The notes below the pieces were generated by a model. That model did no database searches, was not told where the DNA came from, and worked only from the letters and a program-made list of their open reading frames with translations. The position numbers and the translations under genes are program-made. A stretch of DNA of 64,000 nt, taken from Candidatus Babeliales bacterium. Lineage in GTDB: Bacteria; Babelota; Babeliae; Babelales; CAIQNR01. Positions 49,664 to 58,988 of this stretch are shown one piece after another (within the stretch, counting starts at the first letter, position 1; each line of letters starts with the position of its first letter). Where the stretch lies: positions 670,567-734,566 of the forward strand of contig DALYEP010000001.1 in the NCBI GenBank assembly GCA_031972475.1. Reading direction: 5' to 3'.

Positions 49664-50034
49664 ATGAAAAATAAAAAGTTTCTTATCGTAATTAATGCTT
49701 TGTATGTATGCTTTATTTCTAGTGCGGCTAGAAAAGGCTCGCTATTTGATGCAAAAGTTCCACCACCAATAGCTCCCCAAAGCCAAATTTAAATATTCCT
49801 GCTCAAGTATTTGTAGCTGCTAAAAAAACGCTACCACCAATACCGCCAAAGCCAACAAAAGAAGAGGTAACAATAAAAGAACTTGCGCAATATGCTACAT
49901 TACCTCCTACTAGAATTAAAACACAATTTGCACGGCAGAAAAAGCCGCTAGACAAAATCAAAAATATCATTTCAATGACAGGTGGAGATTTAGTGTTAAT
50001 GAGACGGACCAGTAAAAAAGATAGAAGTTTCTAG
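49664..50034 (+). pseudogene. Frameshift-split gene for a small exported proline-rich protein
   Basis: AAGGGG lies 7-12 nt upstream of ATG 49664. Frame A encodes MKNKKFLIVINALYVCFISSAARKGSLFDAKVPPPIAPQSQI and stops at 49790-49792. A second frame is open from 49750 and continues NIPAQVFVAAKKTLPPIPPKPTKEE... to a TAG at 50032-50034. The junction lies in AAATTTAAA. Confidence 0.45.
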
Positions 50035-50084
50035 AGATAATTATCGTCGTTGGTAATCACTGTTCAAGTCTTTATATTTAATAT

Positions 50085-50113
50085 TTGCAACTGTTTATGG
50101 GATAGAATATGAT
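50085..50113 (+). promoter_or_regulatory. Candidate sigma70-type promoter for the 50142-50399 gene
   Basis: TTGCAA (50085-50090), a 17-nt spacer, then TATGAT (50108-50113), 29 nt upstream of the ATG. Confidence 0.4.
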
Positions 50114-50141
50114 TTCATAAAATTTTTAAAAAAGGATTTCT

Positions 50142-50399
50142 ATGAAAAATAATATTCTTTTCTCTTTTTTGTTCATAAATTTTTTAGCTTCTGGACTAGA
50201 AAAAGATCATGATTTTACATCATCATCATCTCGTCAAAATTCTGATTCTTCTCTTAAATGCTCAAAACGTGAAATGGCATCATTAATAGCAGCATATAGA
50301 GATTCTTTTTTAAGAGGGGATCTTTCAGAAAGAGAATTTTTATTAAAATTACAAGGCTTGCAAAATGATTCTAAAAAAACATTAAAAATGGATAAGTAG
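50142..50399 (+). CDS. Small exported hypothetical protein
   Basis: 85 aa: MKNNILFSFLFINFLASGLE followed by a Ser-rich and then helical body. It overlaps the HIT gene 3' end convergently by 18 nt. Confidence 0.5.
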   Translation: MKNNILFSFLFINFLASGLEKDHDFTSSSSRQNSDSSLKCSKREMASLIAAYRDSFLRGDLSEREFLLKLQGLQNDSKKTLKMDK

Positions 50400-50888
50400 T
50401 TTTTTATAAAGTGCGTTAAGATCGCTAGAGATTGTCTTTACTGCAGCAATAGTTGGTAAAAAATTAGTATCTCCAAACCAGCGGGGTAAAATGTGCCAAT
50501 GTAGGTGTGAGGGTATTCCAGCTCCTGCTGCTTTTCCCATATTAAGTCCAATGTTAATACCTTGGCATTCAAGTTGATCTTGCAAAATTTGTATTGTTTT
50601 ATTGAGGACAATCATTATTTCTTTGCGCGCCTCTTCTTCAAGCTCGGTTAGCATTTTTTTGTGAGCGTAGGGTATTACTAAAAGGTGTCCAGGGTTATAA
50701 GGAAATCGATTTAAAATAACATAGCAATAATGATATCTTTTAAGAATTAAGGATTGTTCGTCTAGACTTTTATCTTTTTGTAATGTGCAGAAAACGCAAA
50801 TATCTTCTGTTGCATCTTCTTGTCCTTTTGCTCCTTGAGCTGTGTTTGTTGCGTAGTCTTGTCTCCATGGTGCATAAAGTATATCCAT
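50382..50888 (-). CDS. HIT-family nucleotide hydrolase/transferase (Ap4A phosphorylase-like branch)
   Basis: 168 aa. N-terminal YAPWRQDY, CVFC, LNRFPYNPGHLLVIP, histidine triad PSHLHWHILPRW, and GDTNF. Confidence 0.85.
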   Translation of the reverse strand: MDILYAPWRQDYATNTAQGAKGQEDATEDICVFCTLQKDKSLDEQSLILKRYHYCYVILNRFPYNPGHLLVIPYAHKKMLTELEEEARKEIMIVLNKTIQILQDQLECQGINIGLNMGKAAGAGIPSHLHWHILPRWFGDTNFLPTIAAVKTISSDLNALYKKLLIHF

Positions 50889-50988
50889 ATTGTTCTCCGT
50901 ATAATTTAAATACGTATGATGTACTATAAAAAATGTAGTCTACTTTTTTTGACTTAATTTTTAAACGTTTATTCTTGCCTTGCTAACA

Positions 50989-51002
50989 ATCAGATATCTG
51001 AT
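50989..51002. promoter_or_regulatory. Perfect 14-bp palindrome upstream of the glycan operon (operator candidate)
   Basis: ATCAGATATCTGAT is its own reverse complement. It lies about 60 nt upstream of the wecB start and falls within the spacer of a possible TTGCTA(50980)/TATTGT(51002) promoter. Confidence 0.3.
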
Positions 51003-51062
51003 ATTGTATCTTCAATATATAAAAATAGGTAGAGAAAGTGGACAAAAAAAGGTAAGGAGTTT

Positions 51063-52256
51063 GTGTGTATGCGTCCAGTTATGGTAGTTGTAGGCACAAG
51101 GCCAGAAGGTATTAAAATGATGCCTGTATATTTTGCATTAAAACAAGCAAATATACCTACTATTTTATGCGCTACTTCTCAACACAATTCGTTATTATCT
51201 GACATTTTTTCTGTTTTTGGCGTTACCCCTGATATTGATTTAAAAATAATGAGACATAATCAGGATTTATTTTATATAACAACTATTGTTTTGAATGAAA
51301 TGCAAAGTCTCTTTAAAGATCATCAACCTTCATTGATTTTTGTTCAAGGAGATACTACTACAGTAATGGCTACTGGAATGGCTGCTTTTTATAGTCATAT
51401 TCCTGTTGCGCATGTAGAAGCAGGTTTGCGTACCGGAGATTTTAATGCTCCTTATCCAGAAGAGTTTAACAGGGTTGTTTTGAGCCTTATGAGTACATAT
51501 CATTTTGCCCCTACAGCACAATCCTGTGCACATTTAATGACTGAAGGGCGAAAAAGAGAAAATATTTTTTGTGTGGGAAATACAGTAGTTGATGCATTGA
51601 GAATTATTGAAAATAAAATTTTAAATAAAGAGTTATTGATAGATTCTTCTGTACAAAATTTTTTTAAAAATGCTCATGAGTCTGGTTGTAATACATTGTT
51701 ATTTACCATGCACAGAAGAGAGTCTTTTAGTTATGGTCTATATATCATGCTTCAAGCTCTTAAAGATTTTGCTTTAACTCATCCTAATGTTGCAATTTTG
51801 TATCCATACCATCCTAATCCAGAAGTGCTTGAAGCTATAAAAAAGATTAATTTTACTTCTGTTAAAAATATTATGTTAATGGAGCCTTTATCTTATAAAG
51901 ATTTAGCTTATGTTTTGCTTACTGTTGATATAGTTGCAACTGACTCTGGAGGTATTCAAGAGGAAGCTGTAAGCCTAGGAAAACAGGTTTTAGTGTTGCG
52001 AGAAAAAAGTGAAAGAATGGAGGGGGTATGGGAGGGTCTTGCAGTTATTATTGGATTTAACCCTGAAAAGTTTTTATTAACTCTTGAAAAGTTTTTAAAT
52101 AACATTTCACTAGTTTTTGTAAGAAAAAATATTTACGGTGATGGTTTTGCATCGGAAAAAATTGTGAAAATTATTCAAAATCAGTGTTTAGATTATTTAG
52201 AAAAATCTACATCAGGATTGAAGAATGTACATCGTGTACATGAGGAGATGCGATAA
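51063..52256 (+). CDS. wecB: UDP-N-acetylglucosamine 2-epimerase (non-hydrolysing)
   Basis: VVVGTRPEGIKMMPV, VQGDTTTVMATGMAAFY..IPVAHVEAGLRT and TDSGGIQEEA are canonical WecB/MnaA motifs. The likely start is ATG 51069. Confidence 0.9.
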   Translation: MCMRPVMVVVGTRPEGIKMMPVYFALKQANIPTILCATSQHNSLLSDIFSVFGVTPDIDLKIMRHNQDLFYITTIVLNEMQSLFKDHQPSLIFVQGDTTTVMATGMAAFYSHIPVAHVEAGLRTGDFNAPYPEEFNRVVLSLMSTYHFAPTAQSCAHLMTEGRKRENIFCVGNTVVDALRIIENKILNKELLIDSSVQNFFKNAHESGCNTLLFTMHRRESFSYGLYIMLQALKDFALTHPNVAILYPYHPNPEVLEAIKKINFTSVKNIMLMEPLSYKDLAYVLLTVDIVATDSGGIQEEAVSLGKQVLVLREKSERMEGVWEGLAVIIGFNPEKFLLTLEKFLNNISLVFVRKNIYGDGFASEKIVKIIQNQCLDYLEKSTSGLKNVHRVHEEMR

Positions 52257-53623
52257 TGAAAAAAGTATGTGTAGTAGGGATGGGATATATAGGTCTTCCT
52301 ACTGCTATTTTAGCAGCGCAATCAGGCTTTATGGTGGTAGGAATTGATGTTGATGTAAAAAAAATTAAAAGTATTAATTCTATGAAGTCCCCAATAGAAG
52401 AGCCAGGAATAGAGAAAAGATTAATACATGTTGTTTCAAGTGGACATTTAAAAGCTCAAGATTATTATGAATCGGCTGATTATTATATAATTGCTGTACC
52501 TACTCCTTTTACTTCTGATAAAAAAGCTGATCTTTCATATGTTTTTGATGCAGCTCGTTCTGTTGCAAAAGTTCTTAAAAAGGGCGATACCGTTATTTTA
52601 GAATCAACCGTTCCAGTTAAAACTACAAAAATATTAGCAGAGCTTTTAGGACAAGAATCAAAATTGCAATTTGGAGCAGATTTTTTTGTTGCTCACTGTC
52701 CAGAACGTGTTCTTCCTGGAAATATTTTTCATGAACTTCAAGTAAATGATCGTATCATAGGCGGTATTGATCGAGGTTCTACTCATCATGTTGCAACATT
52801 TTATAAAAATTTTGTTAGTGGTGATTTGTATCTTACTTCAGCAGAAGCTGCAGAGATGATAAAACTTGTTGAAAATGCATATCGTGATGTTAACATTGCC
52901 ATATCGCATCAAGTAGCTTCTATGGCTCATGAAATGGCGCTTGATCCTTATGAAATTATTGAACTTGCAAATAAGCATCCTAGAGTACAACTTTTAAAAC
53001 CTACATGTGGAGTTGGAGGTCATTGTTTAGCGGTTGATCCTTGGTTTTTAATTGAATCATTTCCACAACATACAGGACTTCTTAAGGCTGCACGTAATGT
53101 TAATGATGCAAGGCCATTTGAGCTGGTTGATCGGATTGAAAAAAAAGTTAAAGATTGGAAGAGTCTTCATGAAAAAGACTCTTGTTCGGTGTTGATTTTA
53201 GGACTTACTTATAAAGCAAATGTTGATGATATTCGTGAATCACCGGCTCTTACTATTGCAAAAGAATTAGTAAGTAAAAAAGATTTTGATCTTTTAATAT
53301 GTGATCCACATGTTGAATCAAGTCGAATTGATAGCGTTCTTGCAAATTGCAAAATAGCCCTTGCTGAAGGTCTTGAAAAGGCTGATATAATAGTATCGCT
53401 TGTTGCGCACGATGAATTTAAAGGTATAGATAAAAAAATTATTACACACAAAAAAGTTTTAGATTTTTGTGGAGTATTTCATTTAGGGCGAAAGCATTCA
53501 TGCAATCAAGAACAATTTTTTTGGCCTGCTGAAGTCTTTAATACGTCTTATTCTGATGATGAAATTTCATCATATAAATTACAAGAATTTGGAGCATCAA
53601 GAGATAGGAGTAAAATCCAATGA
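52256..53623 (+). CDS. wecC: UDP-N-acetyl-D-mannosamine dehydrogenase-like (UDP-glucose/GDP-mannose dehydrogenase family)
   Basis: N-terminal Rossmann VCVVGMGYIGLPTA, catalytic-Cys region GVGGHCLAVDP, and a C-terminal UDP-binding domain. It overlaps the wecB stop by 1 nt. Confidence 0.85.
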   Translation: MKKVCVVGMGYIGLPTAILAAQSGFMVVGIDVDVKKIKSINSMKSPIEEPGIEKRLIHVVSSGHLKAQDYYESADYYIIAVPTPFTSDKKADLSYVFDAARSVAKVLKKGDTVILESTVPVKTTKILAELLGQESKLQFGADFFVAHCPERVLPGNIFHELQVNDRIIGGIDRGSTHHVATFYKNFVSGDLYLTSAEAAEMIKLVENAYRDVNIAISHQVASMAHEMALDPYEIIELANKHPRVQLLKPTCGVGGHCLAVDPWFLIESFPQHTGLLKAARNVNDARPFELVDRIEKKVKDWKSLHEKDSCSVLILGLTYKANVDDIRESPALTIAKELVSKKDFDLLICDPHVESSRIDSVLANCKIALAEGLEKADIIVSLVAHDEFKGIDKKIITHKKVLDFCGVFHLGRKHSCNQEQFFWPAEVFNTSYSDDEISSYKLQEFGASRDRSKIQ

Positions 53624-55785
53624 GACAAATTTTTTTAGAAAACGGAGCACTTGTTGTTCATAATGTAGCTCAACCTTCTTTGGAAGAGCGTTCAATTTTG
53701 GTTTCTGTTCATTATTCATTTATTAGTTCAGGAACAGAAGCTGCAACAATATCTAATGCTCAACAAAGTCCTTTGTTCTCTAATATTCCTCATAAAATTA
53801 AAGCTGTTTTAAAATCTCTTGCTCAAAATGGTGTAGAAGGCACTCAAGCTCTTATCAGTAGTCGACTTAAAGGAACTTTACAGCCACTGGGTTATTCATG
53901 TTCCGGAAAAGTAATTGCTGTTGGTAAAAAAGTTACAAAATTTAGATTGGGTGATTTTGTTGCATGTGCAGGAGCTGGATGGGCAAATCATGCCGATGTT
54001 GTTTGTATTCCAGAAAATTTAGCTGTAGCAATTCCAGATGAGTCTATAGTTAAGCATGCAAGTGTTACGACTATTGGAGCTATTGCTTTGCAAGGTGTAA
54101 GGCGAGCTCAAGTACAACTGGGTGAAATTGTAGCAGTTGTTGGCTTAGGACTTCTTGGTCAAATAACTGTTGAGTTATTAAAAAATGCAGGCTGCACGGT
54201 AATAGGAATTGATTTTTTAGAAGATCGTTTGAATCTAGCAAAAGAACTTGGTGCTGATTATGTTTTTGCAAATTCAGATCAAGTGCAAAAAGAGATTGAA
54301 TTTTTAACAAAACATAAAGGTGTTGATTGTACTTTGATTACTGCTGCAACAGAAAGTAGTCAAGTAGTTCAAACAGCAATGGAGTATACTCGTAGAAAAG
54401 GGCGGGTTGTTGTTGTTGGAGATGTTGGTCTTAATTTGCAAAGAAACCCTCTTTATAAAAAAGAAATTGATTTTTTAATTTCATGTTCTTATGGTCCTGG
54501 TCGTTACGACACAGCGTATGAAATAGATGGATGTGATTATCCTTATGAATATGTAAGATGGACAGAAAATAGAAATATGGAAGCTATAGTTTCTTTGATT
54601 AAAAGTAAAAAGCTTTCGGTAGGAAAGTTTGCATCTCAAGAATTTCATATAGAAGATGTCGCTCAAGCGTATGAAAAAATAAAATCAAAAGAGGCTTTGG
54701 GGATTATTTTAAAATATACCCCAAAGAGTGATATTGCATTTGTTCCTGCAATTAAAAGTGCTTCAAAAGAAAAATTTATAAAATTCCCTCATTTTACTGA
54801 AAGTCAGAATATTAGAGTTGGATTTATAGGTGTTGGGGGTTTTGCTCAAGTAAAATTATTGCCAGTAGTTTCTAAAGTTAAAAATGTTAAAATAGCAGCA
54901 ATTGTTGATGCAAATATTGCTAATGCAGAAAATACAAGCCGTACTTATGGCGCGGCTGTTTCGTTGGTTAATGATACAGAGCTTTTTGAAAAAGATTTAG
55001 TGGATGCTGTTGTTATTGCATCGCCTCATAGTTTTCATTGTGATCAAATTATTGAAGCATTGCAGCATGGTAAAGCGGTTTTTGTAGAAAAGCCTATGGT
55101 AACAACTTTTGATCAGCATCAAAAATTAAGCGCTTTCTTAAACAAGCATCCAGAAGTGCCTTTTTGTGTTGATTACAATCGATCATTTGCCCCTTTTATT
55201 CAAAAAATAAAGCATGAAATAGTGGGGAGAAAAACTCCTGTAATTATTAGATATCGTATGAATTCTGGTTATATTCCAGGAAGCCACTGGGTTCAAACTG
55301 ATATGGGAGCAGGAAGATTAATAGGTGAGGCTTGTCATATATTTGATCTATTTTGTTTTTTAACAGGATCAGAAGTTGCAAGCGTTTCTGCAGAAGCAAT
55401 TAAGCCTTTAAGTGATAATCTTTTTCCAACAGATAATTTTTCTGTTCAAATTTCTTTTAAAGATGGATCTTTATGTTCTTTGCTTTATACAGCATTAGGT
55501 CATAGTGGACTTGGTAAAGAGCATATGGAAGTTTTTTATGATGGAAAATCTATAGTTATGGATGATTATAAAAAATTAGAAGGATATGGGGTTTCAAAAA
55601 GCTTTAATGAAGTTATGACATTTCAAGATAAAGGGCATAACTTCATTATTAATAAATTTTTTAATGGATTGCGCACGGAAAATAAAACTATGCCAATTTC
55701 TATAGAACGATTGAATGCTGTTTCTGAGCTTACTTTAATTATTGATAAACTTGTATGCCAAGGTGGTGGCGAACAACAATTTTAA
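53620..55785 (+). CDS. Bi-domain oxidoreductase (N-terminal MDR/alcohol-dehydrogenase-like, C-terminal Gfo/Idh/MocA-like)
   Basis: 721 aa. An MDR-type Rossmann (VAVVGLGLLGQITVELLK) sits in the first half. A second Rossmann (IRVGFIGVGGFAQVKLLP) and EKPM, typical of Gfo/Idh/MocA, sit in the second half. ATGA overlap with wecC. Confidence 0.8.
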   Translation: MRQIFLENGALVVHNVAQPSLEERSILVSVHYSFISSGTEAATISNAQQSPLFSNIPHKIKAVLKSLAQNGVEGTQALISSRLKGTLQPLGYSCSGKVIAVGKKVTKFRLGDFVACAGAGWANHADVVCIPENLAVAIPDESIVKHASVTTIGAIALQGVRRAQVQLGEIVAVVGLGLLGQITVELLKNAGCTVIGIDFLEDRLNLAKELGADYVFANSDQVQKEIEFLTKHKGVDCTLITAATESSQVVQTAMEYTRRKGRVVVVGDVGLNLQRNPLYKKEIDFLISCSYGPGRYDTAYEIDGCDYPYEYVRWTENRNMEAIVSLIKSKKLSVGKFASQEFHIEDVAQAYEKIKSKEALGIILKYTPKSDIAFVPAIKSASKEKFIKFPHFTESQNIRVGFIGVGGFAQVKLLPVVSKVKNVKIAAIVDANIANAENTSRTYGAAVSLVNDTELFEKDLVDAVVIASPHSFHCDQIIEALQHGKAVFVEKPMVTTFDQHQKLSAFLNKHPEVPFCVDYNRSFAPFIQKIKHEIVGRKTPVIIRYRMNSGYIPGSHWVQTDMGAGRLIGEACHIFDLFCFLTGSEVASVSAEAIKPLSDNLFPTDNFSVQISFKDGSLCSLLYTALGHSGLGKEHMEVFYDGKSIVMDDYKKLEGYGVSKSFNEVMTFQDKGHNFIINKFFNGLRTENKTMPISIERLNAVSELTLIIDKLVCQGGGEQQF

Positions 55786-56007
55786 TAAATGACATTGTTT
55801 ATATATGAATATAAAAAATATTTTTATGAACAGTATTTTTTTGTTTTTTATTTGATCCATAATGTTTTAGAAGTATGTAGTTTATCTAAATTTATTAGAT
55901 TATACAGCTCACCTATTAAGCTTCTTGCTTATTTCTATAGCCAAGAGTATCGTTTAAAGCTGCATTTTATTCAAACTATTTTGCTGTAGTAATAAAAAGG
56001 GAAGCAT

Positions 56008-57030
56008 ATGAAAGATGTTCGAGTGCATGCAGTTATTTTGGCTGGTGAAAAAGGTGAGCTTCTATGGCCATTGAGTAGAAAAAATCATCCTAAGCAGACA
56101 TTGCCTTTTATTGAAGATACATCACTTCTTGAACAAACTATTGAAAGAATAGCTTTTCATATTCCAAAGCAGCGTCGTTGGATTGTAACTAATGTGGAAT
56201 ATCAAGATTTTATTATAGAAAAATTAGATCATTTGGTTGCTGGTATTATTGTAGAGCCAGAGTTTAGAGATACTGCTTCTGCTATGATGCTTGCAGCATC
56301 ATTAATTACTCAACAAGATCCTGATGCCTTATTGCTTTTTTTGCCATCAGATCATTATATTCCTCAAAAAGATCTTTTTTGGGAATTTGTTCATCATGCT
56401 GTAGATTATGTTTCTACTTATCAAAAAATTACGCTTTTTGCTTTGCCTGCTTTATATCCTTCAACTGATTATGGTTATATAGAATGCGCTTCTCAAGAAG
56501 ATTATCCTTCTCTTATTAAAAATTTTTATAAAAATCCTACTTTAGAGTCTGCGCATAAATATTTTAATTTAGGTTATATGTGGAATACAGGAATAGCTGT
56601 TGTTGAGGCAAAAGTTTTTATTGATATAGTAAAAAAACTTTCAATAGAGGTTTTTGAAGCAGTTTCTAGTTATGTTGAAGGATGTGGTAATTACTCTGAA
56701 TCTCCCTCTCTTTCTTTTGAGTCTCTTTTTGTAAGCGGTATTAATTATATTACCGCATTACCATTTAATTTTATTTGGCAAGATATTGGTAATTTAGAAA
56801 GATTTTTGTCTTTAAAGAATGCATTAAAACCTGATGAAAATTTTATACAAATTGATGCGAAAGATAATTTGGTAGAAGCTGAAGGATCATTGGTTGCCGT
56901 TGTTGGCGTTGACAATCTTTGTATCATAAAAAAAGATGATATTTTATTAATAGTACATCGCGATCAGGTTGAAAAAGTAAAACAAATTATAGATACCCTC
57001 AAAAAGGGTCATAAAGAGGAATATTTATAA
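56008..57030 (+). CDS. Sugar-1-phosphate nucleotidyltransferase (mannose-1-phosphate guanylyltransferase-like, no cupin/PMI domain)
   Basis: HAVILAGEKGELLWPLSRKNHPKQ matches the ManC-type G.G.RLWPLSR..PKQ motif. 340 aa. Confidence 0.75.
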   Translation: MKDVRVHAVILAGEKGELLWPLSRKNHPKQTLPFIEDTSLLEQTIERIAFHIPKQRRWIVTNVEYQDFIIEKLDHLVAGIIVEPEFRDTASAMMLAASLITQQDPDALLLFLPSDHYIPQKDLFWEFVHHAVDYVSTYQKITLFALPALYPSTDYGYIECASQEDYPSLIKNFYKNPTLESAHKYFNLGYMWNTGIAVVEAKVFIDIVKKLSIEVFEAVSSYVEGCGNYSESPSLSFESLFVSGINYITALPFNFIWQDIGNLERFLSLKNALKPDENFIQIDAKDNLVEAEGSLVAVVGVDNLCIIKKDDILLIVHRDQVEKVKQIIDTLKKGHKEEYL

Positions 57031-57031
57031 T

Positions 57032-58987
57032 ATGTGTGGATTTGCTGGTTATATAAAAACAACATCTAAAGAATTTTTAATTGATGAAAAGCTTTTTCAT
57101 TCTCTTCATACGCGCATTTCTCATAGAGGACCTGATGCTTATAAAGTATGGTTTGATAAAGATCTTGAGATTGCACTTATTCATAGAAGATTAAGTATTG
57201 TTGATTTAAGCGATGCTGGGATTCAGCCTATGTTTGACAAGCAACAATCTGTAGTGATTTGTTTTAATGGAGAAATTTATAATTACAAAGCATTGCGGAT
57301 TGAACTTGAAGGTCTTGGGTATCAGTTTGTATCAAAATCTGATACAGAAGTTTTTTTATATGCATTTAAACAATGGGGTATTGCGTGCCTTGATAAATTA
57401 GAAGGTATGTTTTCTGGTCTTTTGGGTAATTTAAAAACAGAAGAATGGTACTTGTTTCGGGATCGTATGGGAATCAAACCTTTATATTTCTCTCTTAAAG
57501 GTGGTTATATAAGTTTTGCTTCAGAGATTAAATCCCTAGTAGAGCTTCCTTGGATTACAAAAAAACTTAATGAGCGAGCGATGTATCATTATTTAACATA
57601 TATGGTAACGCCAGCTCCATTAACTCTTTATGAAGGTATTTATAAATTACCAGCTGCTCATTATATTAAAATTGATCCCTATAAAAATGTAACATTTCAT
57701 GAATGGTATTCATTTTTAAAGCCGAGTATTGTCTATGATAAAAAAGATTTAAATAATGAAGAATTCTGTATTGCAACAATTCGAACATTATTAAAAGAAG
57801 CTGTTCAAAAGCGTATGATAGCAGATGTCCCTTTTGGTGTTTTTTTGTCAGGTGGTATTGATTCTAGTTTGAATGTAGCTTTAATGTCTGAATTTACAGA
57901 TAAAGTTAAAACATTTAATGTTTCTTTTTCTGATGGCCAAGAGTATTCAGAAATTGCTTGGGCACGTAAAGTATCAAAAATTTATAATACAGAACATTAT
58001 GAAATTACCATTTCAGAGAAAGAGGCATTTCAGTTTTTTGAAAAAATGGTTGATTATCAAGATGAGCCGCTGGCTGATTGTGTTTGTATTCCATTGTATT
58101 ATGTATCAAAATTATTAAAAGATTCAGGTGTTACAGTGGTTCAAGTTGGGGAAGGCTCAGATGAACTTTATTGTGGCTATCAAAATTATGTTAATTATGT
58201 AGATGCTTATAAAAAATATTATCAACCTGCTCGTTATATACCTCAATCAGTAAAACAGGCAGGCGTTTGGCTTGCTGCACAAATTTTCCCTTCTAAGACT
58301 TATCATAGATCGCTTCTTGAGCAGTGGGCTTCGGGGCGTCATTTGTTTTGGAGTGGTGCAATGGCGTTTCAAGAATTACAAAAAAAGACTTTTTATACAA
58401 AAATTAATCAATCAGAATATGATCCTGTTCTTGAAAAAATTTATCCTGGATTTGATCAATCATTTGATAGTTATGCAGTTGTTGATTATCACTTAAAAAA
58501 GTTGTACCAAGAAGACCCATCGGCAGATTTTTTGAAGTCGATTACTTATTTAGAACTTAAGCAACGATTACCAGAGCTTCTTTTAATGCGCGTTGATAAA
58601 ATGACGATGGCAACTTCTGTAGAAGGGCGTGTTCCTTTTTTAGATCATAAGCATGTTGAATTTGCTCTTCAGATTCCTAGCCATTTAAAATATAAAAATG
58701 GTCAAGCTAAATATATTTTAAAAAAAGCGTGCGAAGGCATTTTGCCACATGATGTTATTTATCGTAAAAAGGTTGGATTTGCAGCTCCTATAACGCGGTG
58801 GTTTAAGGAGGGTGTTTATTTTAAACCCTATTTTAAAGAGATTATGAAAAAGAAACTGAATAACCATTCATCGTTTTTAAATGAATTTGAAATAGAAACT
58901 ATGCTTAGCAAAACAGAGCTTGGACTTGTCGATCATTCTGTTCATTTATGGGTAACTCAAAATCTTCTATCTCATGAATTAATATAA
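57032..58987 (+). CDS. Asparagine synthase (glutamine-hydrolysing)-family amidotransferase (WbpS-like)
   Basis: N-terminal nucleophile MCGFAGY (Ntn glutaminase) and PP-loop FLSGGIDSS. 651 aa. It is embedded in the glycan operon. Confidence 0.85.
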   Translation: MCGFAGYIKTTSKEFLIDEKLFHSLHTRISHRGPDAYKVWFDKDLEIALIHRRLSIVDLSDAGIQPMFDKQQSVVICFNGEIYNYKALRIELEGLGYQFVSKSDTEVFLYAFKQWGIACLDKLEGMFSGLLGNLKTEEWYLFRDRMGIKPLYFSLKGGYISFASEIKSLVELPWITKKLNERAMYHYLTYMVTPAPLTLYEGIYKLPAAHYIKIDPYKNVTFHEWYSFLKPSIVYDKKDLNNEEFCIATIRTLLKEAVQKRMIADVPFGVFLSGGIDSSLNVALMSEFTDKVKTFNVSFSDGQEYSEIAWARKVSKIYNTEHYEITISEKEAFQFFEKMVDYQDEPLADCVCIPLYYVSKLLKDSGVTVVQVGEGSDELYCGYQNYVNYVDAYKKYYQPARYIPQSVKQAGVWLAAQIFPSKTYHRSLLEQWASGRHLFWSGAMAFQELQKKTFYTKINQSEYDPVLEKIYPGFDQSFDSYAVVDYHLKKLYQEDPSADFLKSITYLELKQRLPELLLMRVDKMTMATSVEGRVPFLDHKHVEFALQIPSHLKYKNGQAKYILKKACEGILPHDVIYRKKVGFAAPITRWFKEGVYFKPYFKEIMKKKLNNHSSFLNEFEIETMLSKTELGLVDHSVHLWVTQNLLSHELI

Positions 58988-58988
58988 T

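Noticed and set aside
49785-49793. Programmed -1 ribosomal frameshift at AAATTTA in the split proline-rich gene
   Set aside because: The heptamer is in phase with the downstream frame, not the upstream (zero) frame, so it does not satisfy the X XXY YYZ geometry. No downstream stimulatory hairpin is evident. Mutation, sequencing error or phase variation is more likely.
55789-55989. 66-aa ORF in the glycan-operon spacer
   Set aside because: Extreme F/Y/I/L/K composition typical of translated AT-rich non-coding DNA. No SD and no motif. Treated as intergenic sequence.
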